From NCBI RefSeq assembly GCF_006345805.1, contig NW_021825570.1, forward strand, positions 1-15,955: 15,955 nt of DNA, read 5' to 3'. The translations under genes and the position numbers were made by a program. Position 1 is the stretch's first letter; every line of letters begins with the position of its first letter. This document shows positions 6,552 to 15,955 of the stretch, piece after piece. The DNA is from Octopus sinensis. Taxonomy: Eukaryota. Below the pieces are notes generated by a model. That model did no database searches, had not been told where the DNA came from, and saw nothing but the letters and a program-made list of their open reading frames with translations.

Positions 6552-7680
6552 TACAATAATGATATCCGGTCGATGGTTTTCAATTGATTGTCTGGATGTC
6601 AAGATTCTGCAGTCCAGGTTCACTTAGAGCCTTTTCTGATACAAAATTGTCGGAAGAACTGTAGGCATTTATTCTGCAAAGAGTCTAATGCAAACTGACC
6701 TTATCACGACGTCGTTTGTATTCTTTTTGAACTCACATTTTGCAGCCTGCAATCGAATGACCAATATCTTCCAAGAGCTGAGAGGGTAGGCGACACTTGT
6801 TCGTTAAAACGGTGAAATAAGTATTACTGCATCGATGTTTCGAGCTTGGTATTGAGCAGACTCCAACAAACTCATCGTTTTTCTCTTTAAATCTCTTCTC
6901 TGGAGCTATTTCCACGACCGGTGATGTTTCTTTTTTGTCTATACTTGGTATCTCTGTGGAAATTTCTATGCAGCTTCACTTCTTCTGGCACCGCTGTTTC
7001 CTTTCTTTTACAAACCATCCTACATTTGCATGCGTTCATCTCTTCAAGTTCAACACAAGTAAGTCTTAATTCCATAACAGTATATTTTAAGTAGTTAATT
7101 CTTCACAAGCTTACTGCTTCACTGACCTTTGTTCTCCATTCACACAATCACAAATGCTAGGTTCTCTCCTTCCAGTCTTCCATTTCCTGTACAATCGTCT
7201 GACATTTATCTTTAAATGAAATGCTTGATGCACACTTACTTGATGCACAGTCACTGGTATCCTCATCTTTCGGTCTAATGCATTTATTTCATCTTTCGTC
7301 CAACGGCCACCCCCTACATCGTGATTATTTTTATAGAATTCTTTCAAATATGTTTACGCTTAAGTTCTCAACTTAATCTTTTCATATATACACTTTCCAT
7401 TTTTTTCTCTTTCATTTTCTCATACACGGTATCAAGTTCCAGTATTTCTAGATACTTTCCTTCATGGCCATCAGATTATAAAATGTGTTCTTCCTATAAG
7501 ATTACTCCATTAAAATGGGAATACTTTTCACTCTTCTTGGTTAAAAATCGCCCATTTTAATATGCCACTTTCCATTCCAATATTACTATAAGTCACTTTT
7601 ATTGTATTAATCACGTATTTGATCACTTATTCGGGTTTTGCAAACGTTTATGGCATCCATAAAGAACAAATAACGTAAAA
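6552..7680 (-). pseudogene. Old degraded R4/Dong-clade ORF (RT 5-7, thumb, CCHC, start of REL)
   Basis: In order on the minus strand, with stops and shifts: YLFFMDAINV; VINTIKVTYSNIGMESGILKW; KYLEILELD...KMKEK; WTKDEINALDRKMR...FHLKINVRRLY...CDCVNGE; KLHRNFHRDTK; KCRLPSQLLEDIGHSIAGCKM*VQKEYKRRRDKVSLH*TLC; IENHRPDIIIV. All are colinear with R4/Dong proteins. Confidence 0.85.
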
Positions 7681-7804
7681 TGGTGAGCGATGTTTTGGCA
7701 CTGCCGTTTTGACGCATGACTTTTTGCCTCGCCTTTTTGGCCACGCAGATTTAACGTTGACTTAGTTGACAACAGACATTTCGATGTCTCTCTCGTATTT
7801 TCCC

Positions 7805-7827
7805 CTCTCACTCTCTCTCTCTATCTC

Positions 7828-7885
<58 letters not shown>

Positions 7886-7912
7886 CTTTTCTTCTTCTCT
7901 CTCTCTCTCTCT
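7805..7912. repeat. Compound (CT)n-(CTAT)n-(CT)n
   Basis: Direct reading. Confidence 0.95.
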
Positions 7913-8079
7913 CGCGGTGTTTATATGTGTGAGCATCTCACGCTTTGTGCATGAGAAAAGGGGAAAGTATTTATTTCCTTTGTGTTCACTTAATTGCAAT
8001 GCTTTTTTCTTCCCCTTCGTCCTCTTTCAGTCTTTTTATGTGTGTATGTTTCTGCGCGTACATGTGGAGGCAGACCCAA

Positions 8080-8130
8080 AAGTGCCGCTCGGGGCGGACT
8101 GCCCCTACCACCCTCCCCTAACTACGCTAA
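8080..8130 (-). mobile_element. Possible terminal remnant of a PIF/Harbinger-type MITE
   Basis: Minus strand TAGCGTAGTTAGGGGAGGGTGGTAGGGGCAGTCCGCCCCG resembles the GGCGTAGC..GGGGCGG.CCGCCCC termini of animal MITEs, with hairpin GGGGC/GCCCC at 8091-8105. No second TIR was found. Confidence 0.3.
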
Positions 8131-9277
8131 TGTGTTGTGGTTACTATGGTTGACTTCTTGCTTTCATCGGTTGAGTCTTGGGGATGTGGCTTGGAGGTCT
8201 CATGGTTCGTTTTTTTTTTTTTAATAAAGACGTGATCCTTTCCTTTGCCGACATACGTGTGGTGTCCTTTCATTGTTTCTAACATTTTTTTGCTGGTGCT
8301 TGTCCTTTATTTTCGGTGGGGCCCAGTCTTTCAACTCTTTTTATTTATTGCGCCCTCTCTGGCAGCTTGGAGTATCCGTACGGTTACTGTCAATTCCCTC
8401 TTATCACAAGACTATGGAGTGACGCTGCTGGTTATTGTAGGGTAACAGAGAGAGATTAATTAACGGTTTCTGAATCTGGTGCAACACACTGGACGCTTCC
8501 GCCATCACCAAAATTGTCAACTTTTGCGTGTTAGAGATTGGTATCTGTTGCTGATCTTTGCTGCCTCTATCGCTCTTCACTATTTCTTTCCTTTCAACAA
8601 ATCCACTTCATCATGGCAAAATGCCTTCAACTATCCCTTGCTTCTACATGTGTAGTAGCTAGGACCTTTCTCTCGTCCACGAATACCATGCCCTTGATGT
8701 TTCTCTGCTTCCAATATTCTACATTTCTGATATGGCCGTGTGTTTTTCAAAGGTCATTAATCCATTCTGATTTCGTTGGATAACATGCTAGCCTTTGTCA
8801 CCCCTGCACTGAGTATCTGGTCATACGACAATACAAAAGTCACAGCAATCTAGGCATGAATATTGTAACCAATATTCGTGGCCTTTGACATTTTGTATCT
8901 GTCCTCAAATATGTATCGCTACCTTCTACCATACATCATATTGCTACCTGTCTTATTCCTCTGACATCTTGTGTGTGATATCCAAGAATATTTTATAGAA
9001 TAGCAGCTAAAATGTTTTAAATAAGCATCATTATGTAATATACATGTCTTCAGTAATTCTATTCAAACTTTATTTTTAAAAATCAGTTATAGTAAAACCT
9101 CTCAAAGAAAATGAATGATATATCTTTGGATTATTAGGAGAATGTCTGGTGTTTCACAATAAAATAGTTGTTTACAAACCATACCATTTTCTTTTATTGA
9201 TAAGTTATTGAGGAACAATCAGTACCAGTGCACAGAAATACGGAATGGTAATATTCCAGCCTCTATCTGGGTTACAG

Positions 9278-9498
9278 TTTACTCTTTTACTCTTTTACTT
9301 GTTTCAGTCATTTGACTGCAGCCATGCTGGAGCACCGCCTTTAATCGAGCAACTCGACCCCGGGACTTATTCTTTTGTAAGCCCAGTACTTATTCTATCG
9401 GTCTCTTTTACCGAACCGCTAAGTTACGGGGACATAAACACACCAGCATTGTTGTCAAGCAATGCTAGGGGGAGAACACAGACACACAAACACCACAA

Positions 9499-9539
<41 letters not shown>

Positions 9540-9704
9540 GACGGGCTTCTTTCAGTTTCCGTCTACCAAATCCACTCACAAGGCTTTGGTCGGCCCGAGG
9601 CTATAGTAGAAGACACTTGCCCAAGGTGCTACGCAGTGGGACTGAACCCGAAACCATGTGGTTGGTAAGCAAGCTACTTACCACACAGCCACTCCTGCGC
9701 CTAT
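9278..9704 (-). mobile_element. Full-length tRNA-derived SINE family B
   Basis: A box TGGCTGTGTGG, B box GGTTCAGTCCC, CORE-like ACCTTGGGCAAGT, internal (TA)n at 9502-9538 and tail (GTAAAAGA)n. Highly similar to 15102-15520. Confidence 0.92.
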
Positions 9705-10360
9705 GAGTTTATGTATCCAATATGATGCAAACGAAACCATACTTTCTGTCGCGATTCAAAAGAGACCATTTCTCCCAAGACACATGACGTTGGCTTCTTT
9801 CAGTTATTCTTTCAACGAAATCTGAAAGCCTGCATTTTTTGCGAGACACATGTTTTCTCTTATCCGTTTCATTCATTTGAAACAATGACAAGCGCCATTT
9901 TCATCTTTTACACAATCGTCAAACAAAGACAAGCTGCTTTAACAAATACATCTTGCCTGTATTGATTCCTTTTCAGGATAAAGTTTCATATTCCAACGTT
10001 CAGTATTGTATTAAAAATTAAGCGAGTGTTGTTATTGTGCGAAACAGCAAAAATATTTTCATTTGACAAAGCTTACGTGAATGCGACAGTACTGCTGTTG
10101 TTGTTATTATTCTTGACAACATTTTCCACTGGTTCTTAGAATATTAATATTACAGATCAACATTGATATTTTTTCTGTGTAATTAAATTATTATTCTCTG
10201 GTGTTTGAATTTTCTTTTCTTTTTTTTTTGGTTGTTTTGTTCTCTGTTTCTGAAAAGTGTTAATCTATTCTTTCAATGTCCTTTGTTATGTTTTGGAGCG
10301 TGGCCTGGAATGTTCGAAGCCATTTCTCTGTGTTGGCAACGTGAACAAAATAATCACAAG

Positions 10361-10363
<3 letters not shown>

Positions 10364-10414
<51 letters not shown>

Positions 10415-10568
10415 ATATATATATGTGGTGTATATATATATATACATATATAATATATATACATACATATATATATATGCATATATATATATATATGTAT
10501 ATGTATATATATATGTATATAAATATATACATATATATATACATATATATATGTATATTATACATATG

Positions 10569-10622
<54 letters not shown>

Positions 10623-10655
10623 TATATGTATATATATACATATATATATATATAT
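10364..10655. repeat. Compound (TA)n with TG/CA variants
   Basis: Direct reading. It explains the IY-repeat ORFs. Confidence 0.96.
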
Positions 10656-10675
10656 TGTCAACACGTTAGAGTAGA

Positions 10676-10676
<1 letters not shown>

Positions 10677-10714
<38 letters not shown>

Positions 10715-10721
10715 CACTACT
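10677..10721. repeat. (CTA)n microsatellite
   Basis: Direct reading. Confidence 0.95.
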
Positions 10722-11015
10722 GGTAGTAGTATAATAAGACAACAGAATCATGCATTCACAGTACTTCCAGAGAGATTTTCTTAATGACTTAAAACAGAAT
10801 GACACGAACATCTTGGAAGGAAATATTCGTATTGTGTTAAGCACTTTCGCAGTTTACAGTTTCTTTTCTCAAACACATATTATATAGAGCAATATCAGGT
10901 GTGAGTGTATGTGTGCGTGCATGCATATCTGTATATATATATATACGGGTGTGTGTGATTGTGTATAGAAGAATATATTAATAAAAGGAATTCCAACCTT
11001 GTCTGATTTTCACGT

Positions 11016-11021
11016 TTTATT
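11016..11021 (-). promoter_or_regulatory. Candidate AATAAA polyadenylation signal of the PLE
   Basis: TTTATT on the plus strand, ~85 nt downstream of the hammerhead cleavage site, in an AT-rich context. Confidence 0.3.
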
Positions 11022-11100
11022 TACAATCTTATAATGATATAAGATAAGATAATATAATAAAATAAAATAAAATAATAGAATGTTAAATGTTCATTCTGAT

Positions 11101-11145
11101 TGAACTAGTACTTTCATGCATTCAATTCTGCAATCTTCAGGTTCA
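11101..11145 (-). ncRNA. Minimal type I hammerhead ribozyme in the PLE pLTR
   Basis: Minus strand: UGAAC CUGAAGA U UGCA GAAUUGAA UGCA U GAA AGUACU A GUUCA. 5-bp stem I, canonical CUGAnGA/GAAA core, 4-bp stem II closed by U-U and palindromic stem III AGUACU. Predicted CUA cleavage between 11106 and 11105. Confidence 0.88.
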
Positions 11146-11180
11146 TGTAGTAGTGGTGACAGTCATGCTTCACAATTTTT

Positions 11181-11344
11181 GACTGTAGCGAGATGATTGA
11201 ATCTGTGCCTTAAATACAGCTGTGTAGGCTCCAGATTGCTAGGTTTTGCAAACTGTATTCTGACCAATCAGTGTGTAGTATCACTCAATTACTTAAGCTG
11301 ATTGGTTGGTTGAGCTGATTGGTTTAGGCGTCACGCTTTATTGG
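11181..11344 (-). promoter_or_regulatory. Putative Pol II promoter of the pLTR
   Basis: CCAAT boxes at 11340-11344, 11318-11322 and 11301-11305 (minus) and 11264-11268 (plus). GTGACGC at 11328-11334, TATTTAA at 11210-11216, and Inr-like ACAGTC with its A at 11184, 32 nt from the first T of the TATA. Confidence 0.6.
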
Positions 11345-11568
11345 ACATGTCAAGAGTCCTGTATCTTGACCCTGGCCGAGGCAGCAATTGTTGGGCTATT
11401 TTTAGAAATGTTGTAAAAAGCCTTTGTCAGAGATTTTTATATTTTTATATTTCAATTGTCATCATCATCATTGTCAGCACCTTAATTATTGTTGCTAGTG
11501 GTGGTGGTGGTGGCAATAGAACTTATAACCCTAAATAAGATAATTTTCCTGCTATCTAAGTATTATCA

Positions 11569-12147
11569 TTATTGCTTATTTAGCTTGGGTTCGAATTTAT
11601 CAATAAAATTCTTTTCTCTGATTTTCCTCTCGATTTCACTTGGGCTGTGTAATTTGTAGAATGGAAATATTATATATATTTTCCGACCACATGTTGCTAG
11701 GTGGCTACTCAAAGTTATCTGACGGACCTCTGGGTCTCTAATCTGTTGTCGGTGTACACGTGAGCGTTCTGATAGGGCATTTCCCGTCTGACCTACATAT
11801 ATTTCTTCACAATTTGGGCATTTGATGCAGTAAATTAAATTTCTGCTTTTGCAGTTCATATTCGCGTTTGTGAATATTTTCCCGGTTTTTGTGTTTATAT
11901 ATTGGCCGGTATGTATGAATTGGCATGTGCCGCATCGGCTATCATTGCATTTAGATACAGTAAATGTTTGATCTTTGTTGCTAAGGTCAAATTTTGCCTT
12001 TGTTAGTAACTTTTTCAAGTTTTTAGGCTGTCTTTTACTAAGAACCATAGCTCGATCCGTGATTATATCTTTTAATTCATTACTTTGGGCAATGATTGGT
12101 AGGTTTGCTTTGGCAATGTTGAAGATATTCTGGTGACATGGGTTGTG
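11569..12147 (-). pseudogene. PLE linker + GIY-YIG endonuclease
   Basis: Open frame HNP...SKRQPKNLKKLL...CNDSRCGTC...NLIYCIKCPNCEEIYVGQTG..LSERSRVHR...SHL...RKIREKNFIDKFEPKLN*. Shows the LIY/YVG, R..H, E and N motifs. Confidence 0.95.
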
Positions 12148-12260
12148 TGGTCACTATGAATGGTATGACTTGTTCTTGTTTTCCTCTCCTTGGGTTGTCC
12201 TAAGTTGTTGTATGGGTATTTTTATAGCCCGCTGTATGCCATTTTCTATAAGTAGAGATG

Positions 12261-12737
12261 GTATTTTTGTTTGAGCAAAAATTCTCTTAGTTCTGTTAGG
12301 CGTTTGTTCCTGATATTTGCATATTCTACAATGGTACAAATTCTTCTGGCTAGGCAGTATGGGATGTTGCGTTTTGTATGTGGTGGATGGCACGACTTAA
12401 AATTTAGGTATTGATGTGTGTCTGTGTGTTTATAGTATATATCTGTGGTGATGGTGGTGTCTTTTTTAATTACCATTATATCTAGGAATGGTAATTTGGT
12501 AAATTGGAGAGATGGGTGTAGGTTGTTCAGGAGGATATTGAACTCTTCCAGAGTATTTAGAGATTCTGTCCAGGTTATGATACAGTCGTCAAGGTATCTC
12601 TTCCATGCCTTTTCAATATACTTTCTAAATCCAGTGCCATAGTTTACCTCCACCTCTTGGTAGAGTTGTTGTTCTAAGTATCCCATTACAGAGTTGGCGT
12701 AAACGGGAGCAAACCTCGTTCCCATCGCCGTGCCTCT
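12261..12737 (-). pseudogene. PLE reverse transcriptase, C-terminal half
   Basis: [20 protein letters not shown]...WKRYLDDC...[16 protein letters not shown]...[41 protein letters not shown] one-base frameshift lies at ~12260, and a short in-frame deletion before LPFLD is likely. Confidence 0.95.
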
Positions 12738-13062
<325 letters not shown>

Positions 13063-13212
13063 GTAGAGAGAAAGACTCTTTCTCTCTCTGTTGTTTGTCT
13101 CATCATTCGCCCCCAACTTATCTTCGTATCCTTCTCTCCATTAAAATCCCTCATTCATGTTTTCATCCACTTATTCTTTCGTTCCGTTTGTTTATTCGTC
13201 TATTACGTCATA

Positions 13213-13296
13213 CATATGTGTGTTTATGTATATGATATATATATATATATATATATATATGTATTTATATTTATACATGCACACAGACATATATTA

Positions 13297-13337
<41 letters not shown>

Positions 13338-13470
13338 CGTGTAAGTGTACATATTTACGTAAGTTTATTCATATATACGCTGAGATATATAAGTACATAC
13401 ACACACGTATATGTGTGTGTGTGTGTGCGTACATACACATACGTATATACATATGCACACTCAAACGCTC

Positions 13471-13542
<72 letters not shown>

Positions 13543-13657
13543 GTATGTGTGTATGTACACACATACATACATAGACTCACCTATATTATTTTGCGTGTTT
13601 GAGTATATATCATGTATGTATATGTATATATACACACACACACGCACACACACACGC

Positions 13658-13692
<35 letters not shown>

Positions 13693-13697
13693 CACAC
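13213..13697. repeat. Compound (TA)n/(TG)n/(CA)n low-complexity region
   Basis: Direct reading. Confidence 0.9.
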
Positions 13698-14260
13698 ATG
13701 TATTCTTTGACTCGTACAACTTTTACTGCGCGGCTGAGAACAGTTCACTCGATTGTCATTTTGTGACAGGTAATCAATAAAAATGGAAAAAATTCCGAAA
13801 ACTCTTAAGTATTTTCGTTACATAACGATTCAACTGCTTTGATACACTGTAATATCTTCTGCATGCTTCCATCACCTCTCCTCCACCATCCTTCCAACAT
13901 GTCTCCACCATCCACCCGACATTTCTCCACCCTGAACCCATTATACCTCCAGCGCATATCTACCATTCTTCTAGTGCCACTCAATGACGTCTCCATCATT
14001 TCTCTACCAAACCTCCAGTATGTCTTCACCTTTATTTATCTTCTTCTATGTCCCCCACTATATCTGCATCCTTACAAAATCTCCTCCGTACCTCCATGAT
14101 ACCGACATATCACTGCTACACCTCTACGATGCTACTGTCGTACCGCCAACGCACATCCACGACAACTCCACCCTAACTCCAGCATGGCGCCACGACATCT
14201 TCACCATACGTCCGTCATACGTCTATCAGACTTCCCCCATGCCGACGCTTCACGTCCATC

Positions 14261-14945
14261 ATGCCTCCATTATCCTTTAACCGTATTTCCACGTTTCAAC
14301 TCCGTGATTACAAATACCTCCTCCATACCACCACCACGCAGCCATTATACCTCCATCATGTCTACCCCTCATCTTTATCGCACCCCCACTACGTCATTCC
14401 TCCATTAAGCTTTCACCGTATTTCCACGTTTCAACTTCGTGCTTACAAATACCTCCTCCATACCACCACCACGCAGCCATTATACCTCCATCATGTCTAC
14501 CCCTCATCTTTATCGCACCCCCACTACGTCATTCCTCCATTAAGCTTTCACCGTATTTCCACGTTTCAACTCCGTGCTTACAAATACCTCCTCCATACCA
14601 CCACCACGCAGCCATTATACCTCCATCATGTCTACCCCTCATCTTTATCGCACCCCCACTACATCATTCCCTCATTATGCTTTCACCGTATTTCCACGTT
14701 TCAACTCTTTGATTACAAATACCTCCTCCATACCACCACCACCACACAGCCATTATACCTCCATCATGTCTACCCCTCATCTTTATCGCACCCCCACTAC
14801 GTCATTCCTCATTAATTCTTTCACCGTATTTCCACGTTTCAACTCCGTGATACAAATACCTCCTCCATACCACCACCACGCAGCCATTATACCTCCATCA
14901 TGTCTACCCCTCATCTTTATCATACCCCCACTATGTCATCATGCC
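14261..14945. repeat. 135-bp minisatellite, ~5 copies, C-rich and G-poor on the plus strand
   Basis: The anchor CCGTATTTCCACGTTTCAAC starts at 14281, 14416, 14551, 14686 and 14824, giving periods of 135, 135, 135 and 138. Confidence 0.95.
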
Positions 14946-14974
14946 TACCTCCACCCTACGATATTCTACTACAT

Positions 14975-15016
14975 GAAACCATGTGGTTGGGAAGCAAGCT
15001 TCTTACCACACGGCCA
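14975..15016 (-). mobile_element. Head fragment of SINE family B
   Basis: GAAACCATGTGGTTGGGAAGCAAGCTTCTTACCACACGGCCA nearly matches 1221-1261. Confidence 0.75.
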
Positions 15017-15101
15017 TATTTATATATGACATTTGTACCTTTTGGTTTTATATTGCGGACAGCCACATTAATAATTTATATATATATATATATATATATA
15101 T

Positions 15102-15520
15102 TCTCTTTATCTCTTTTATCTCTTTTACTTGTTTCAGTCATTTGACTGCGGCCATGCTGGAGCACCGCCTTTAATCGAGCAACTGGACCCCGGGACTTAT
15201 TCTTTTGTAAGCCCAGTACTTATTCTATCGGTCTCTTTTGCCGAACCGCTAAGTAACGGGACGTAAACACACCAGCATCGGTTGTCAAGCAATGCTAGGG
15301 GGACAAACACAGACACACAAACACAACAACACATAATATATAAATACATATATACGACAGGCTTCTTTCAGTTTCCGTCTACCAAATCTACTCACAAGGC
15401 TTTGGTCGGCCCGAGGCTATAATAGAAGATACTTGCCCAAGTTGCAACGCAGTGGGACTGAACCCGGAACCATGTGGTTGGTAAGCATCCTACTTACCAC
15501 ACAGCCACTCCTGCACCTAT
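15102..15520 (-). mobile_element. Full-length tRNA-derived SINE family B
   Basis: Colinear with 9278-9704, with a shorter internal microsatellite and a (GATAAAAGA)-type tail. (TA)n on both sides. Confidence 0.92.
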
Positions 15521-15535
15521 ATATATATATATAGT

Positions 15536-15753
15536 GGAGGCGCGTGGCTTAGAGGTTAGGGCGTCGGTGTCATGATCGTAAGATTGTGGTTTCCCCCCCT
15601 GGACCGGACAATGCGTTGTGTTCTTGAGCAAAACACTTCATTCCACGTTGCTGCAGTCCACTCAGCTGGCAAAAATGAGTAACGCTGCGATGGACTGGCG
15701 TCCCGTCCAGCTGGGGAACACATACGCAATAGAAACCGGGAAACCGGGCGCAT
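15536..15753 (+). mobile_element. CORE-type SINE family A with B box degraded
   Basis: Head GGAGGCGCGTGGCTTAGAGG. GGTTTCCCCCCCTGG replaces GGTTTCGATTCCTGG. CORE-like TGTGTTCTTGAGCAAAACACTTC follows. Confidence 0.85.
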
Positions 15754-15842
15754 TTATTTATTATATATATATATATATAATAGTGTTTTGTATAAATATT
15801 TTTATATATATATATATATATATATGTATGTAGATTTATGTA

Positions 15843-15955
15843 GTGAAGGTGCGTGGCCTAGTGGACGGAGTGTTTCACTCACGATCGCGAGATCGCGGTT
15901 TCGGTTCGCGAGATCGCGGTTTCGGTTCGCGAGCCGGGTGATGCTTTGTTTCCTC
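15843..15955 (+). mobile_element. SINE head (family A-like) running off the window, with a 21-bp internal tandem duplication
   Basis: GTGAAGGTGCGTGGCCTAGTGG A-box head; TCGCGAGATCGCGGTTTCGGT occurs twice at 15885-15926. Confidence 0.75.

Larger units (their letters stand above)
10950..12737 (-). mobile_element. 5'-truncated Penelope-like retroelement (Neptune/Naiad/Nematis-type, CCHH linker) with 3' pseudo-LTR
   Basis: RT C-terminal half, thumb and GIY-YIG endonuclease, followed by non-coding DNA with promoter motifs and a hammerhead. Bounded by (GATA)n at the 5' end and (TG)/(TA) repeats at the 3' end. The 3' boundary is approximate. Confidence 0.93.

Noticed and set aside
8230-9000. Non-repetitive stretch with several 60-80 aa ORFs
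   Set aside because: All frames inspected are interrupted, with no recognisable domain or convincing splice pair. A small exon cannot be excluded without RNA-seq.
10760-10830. Possible micro-exon (cag|TACTTCCAGAGA...) reading [20 protein letters not shown]
   Set aside because: Weak polypyrimidine tract and donor, and no homology recognised.
11400-11465. SECIS-like ATGA...AAA...TGA in the PLE 3' UTR (minus strand)
   Set aside because: Helix II does not pair and the ORF has no in-frame UGA.
14261-14945. CRISPR-like periodicity
   Set aside because: Units are contiguous and identical throughout with no unique spacers, in a eukaryotic context with no cas genes. It is a minisatellite.

Overview
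AT-rich eukaryotic non-genic DNA built almost entirely from microsatellites and retroelement debris. The SINE and microsatellite content is what I associate with coleoid cephalopod (Octopus-like) genomes; this is an inference, not a search result. No host exon, tRNA or rRNA gene is supportable, and most listed ORFs are microsatellite translations. Recognisable parts: (1) a 5'-truncated, frameshifted Penelope-like element (PLE; RT + CCHH-linker GIY-YIG, minus strand, ~10950-12737) whose 3' pseudo-LTR keeps a CCAAT/TATA/Inr promoter and a well-formed minimal type I hammerhead ribozyme (11101-11145). (2) Two ~200-bp non-coding elements in inverted orientation (2916-3114, 3538-3740), each carrying a second, decayed minimal hammerhead. 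(3) Three R4/Dong-clade non-LTR retrotransposon fragments, all on the minus strand; two are stacked head-to-tail through (TAA)n tracts and one has a 45/23/15/8-bp stutter ladder at its 5' junction. (4) A 145-bp foldback insert flanked by a 24-bp duplication of the TAA tract. (5) About a dozen tRNA-derived SINE copies or fragments from about four families. (6) A Helitron-like remnant. (7) A 135-bp minisatellite. The parts belong to known element classes. The hammerhead-bearing PLE system and the TAA-targeted retrotransposon stack are the most worthwhile follow-ups.
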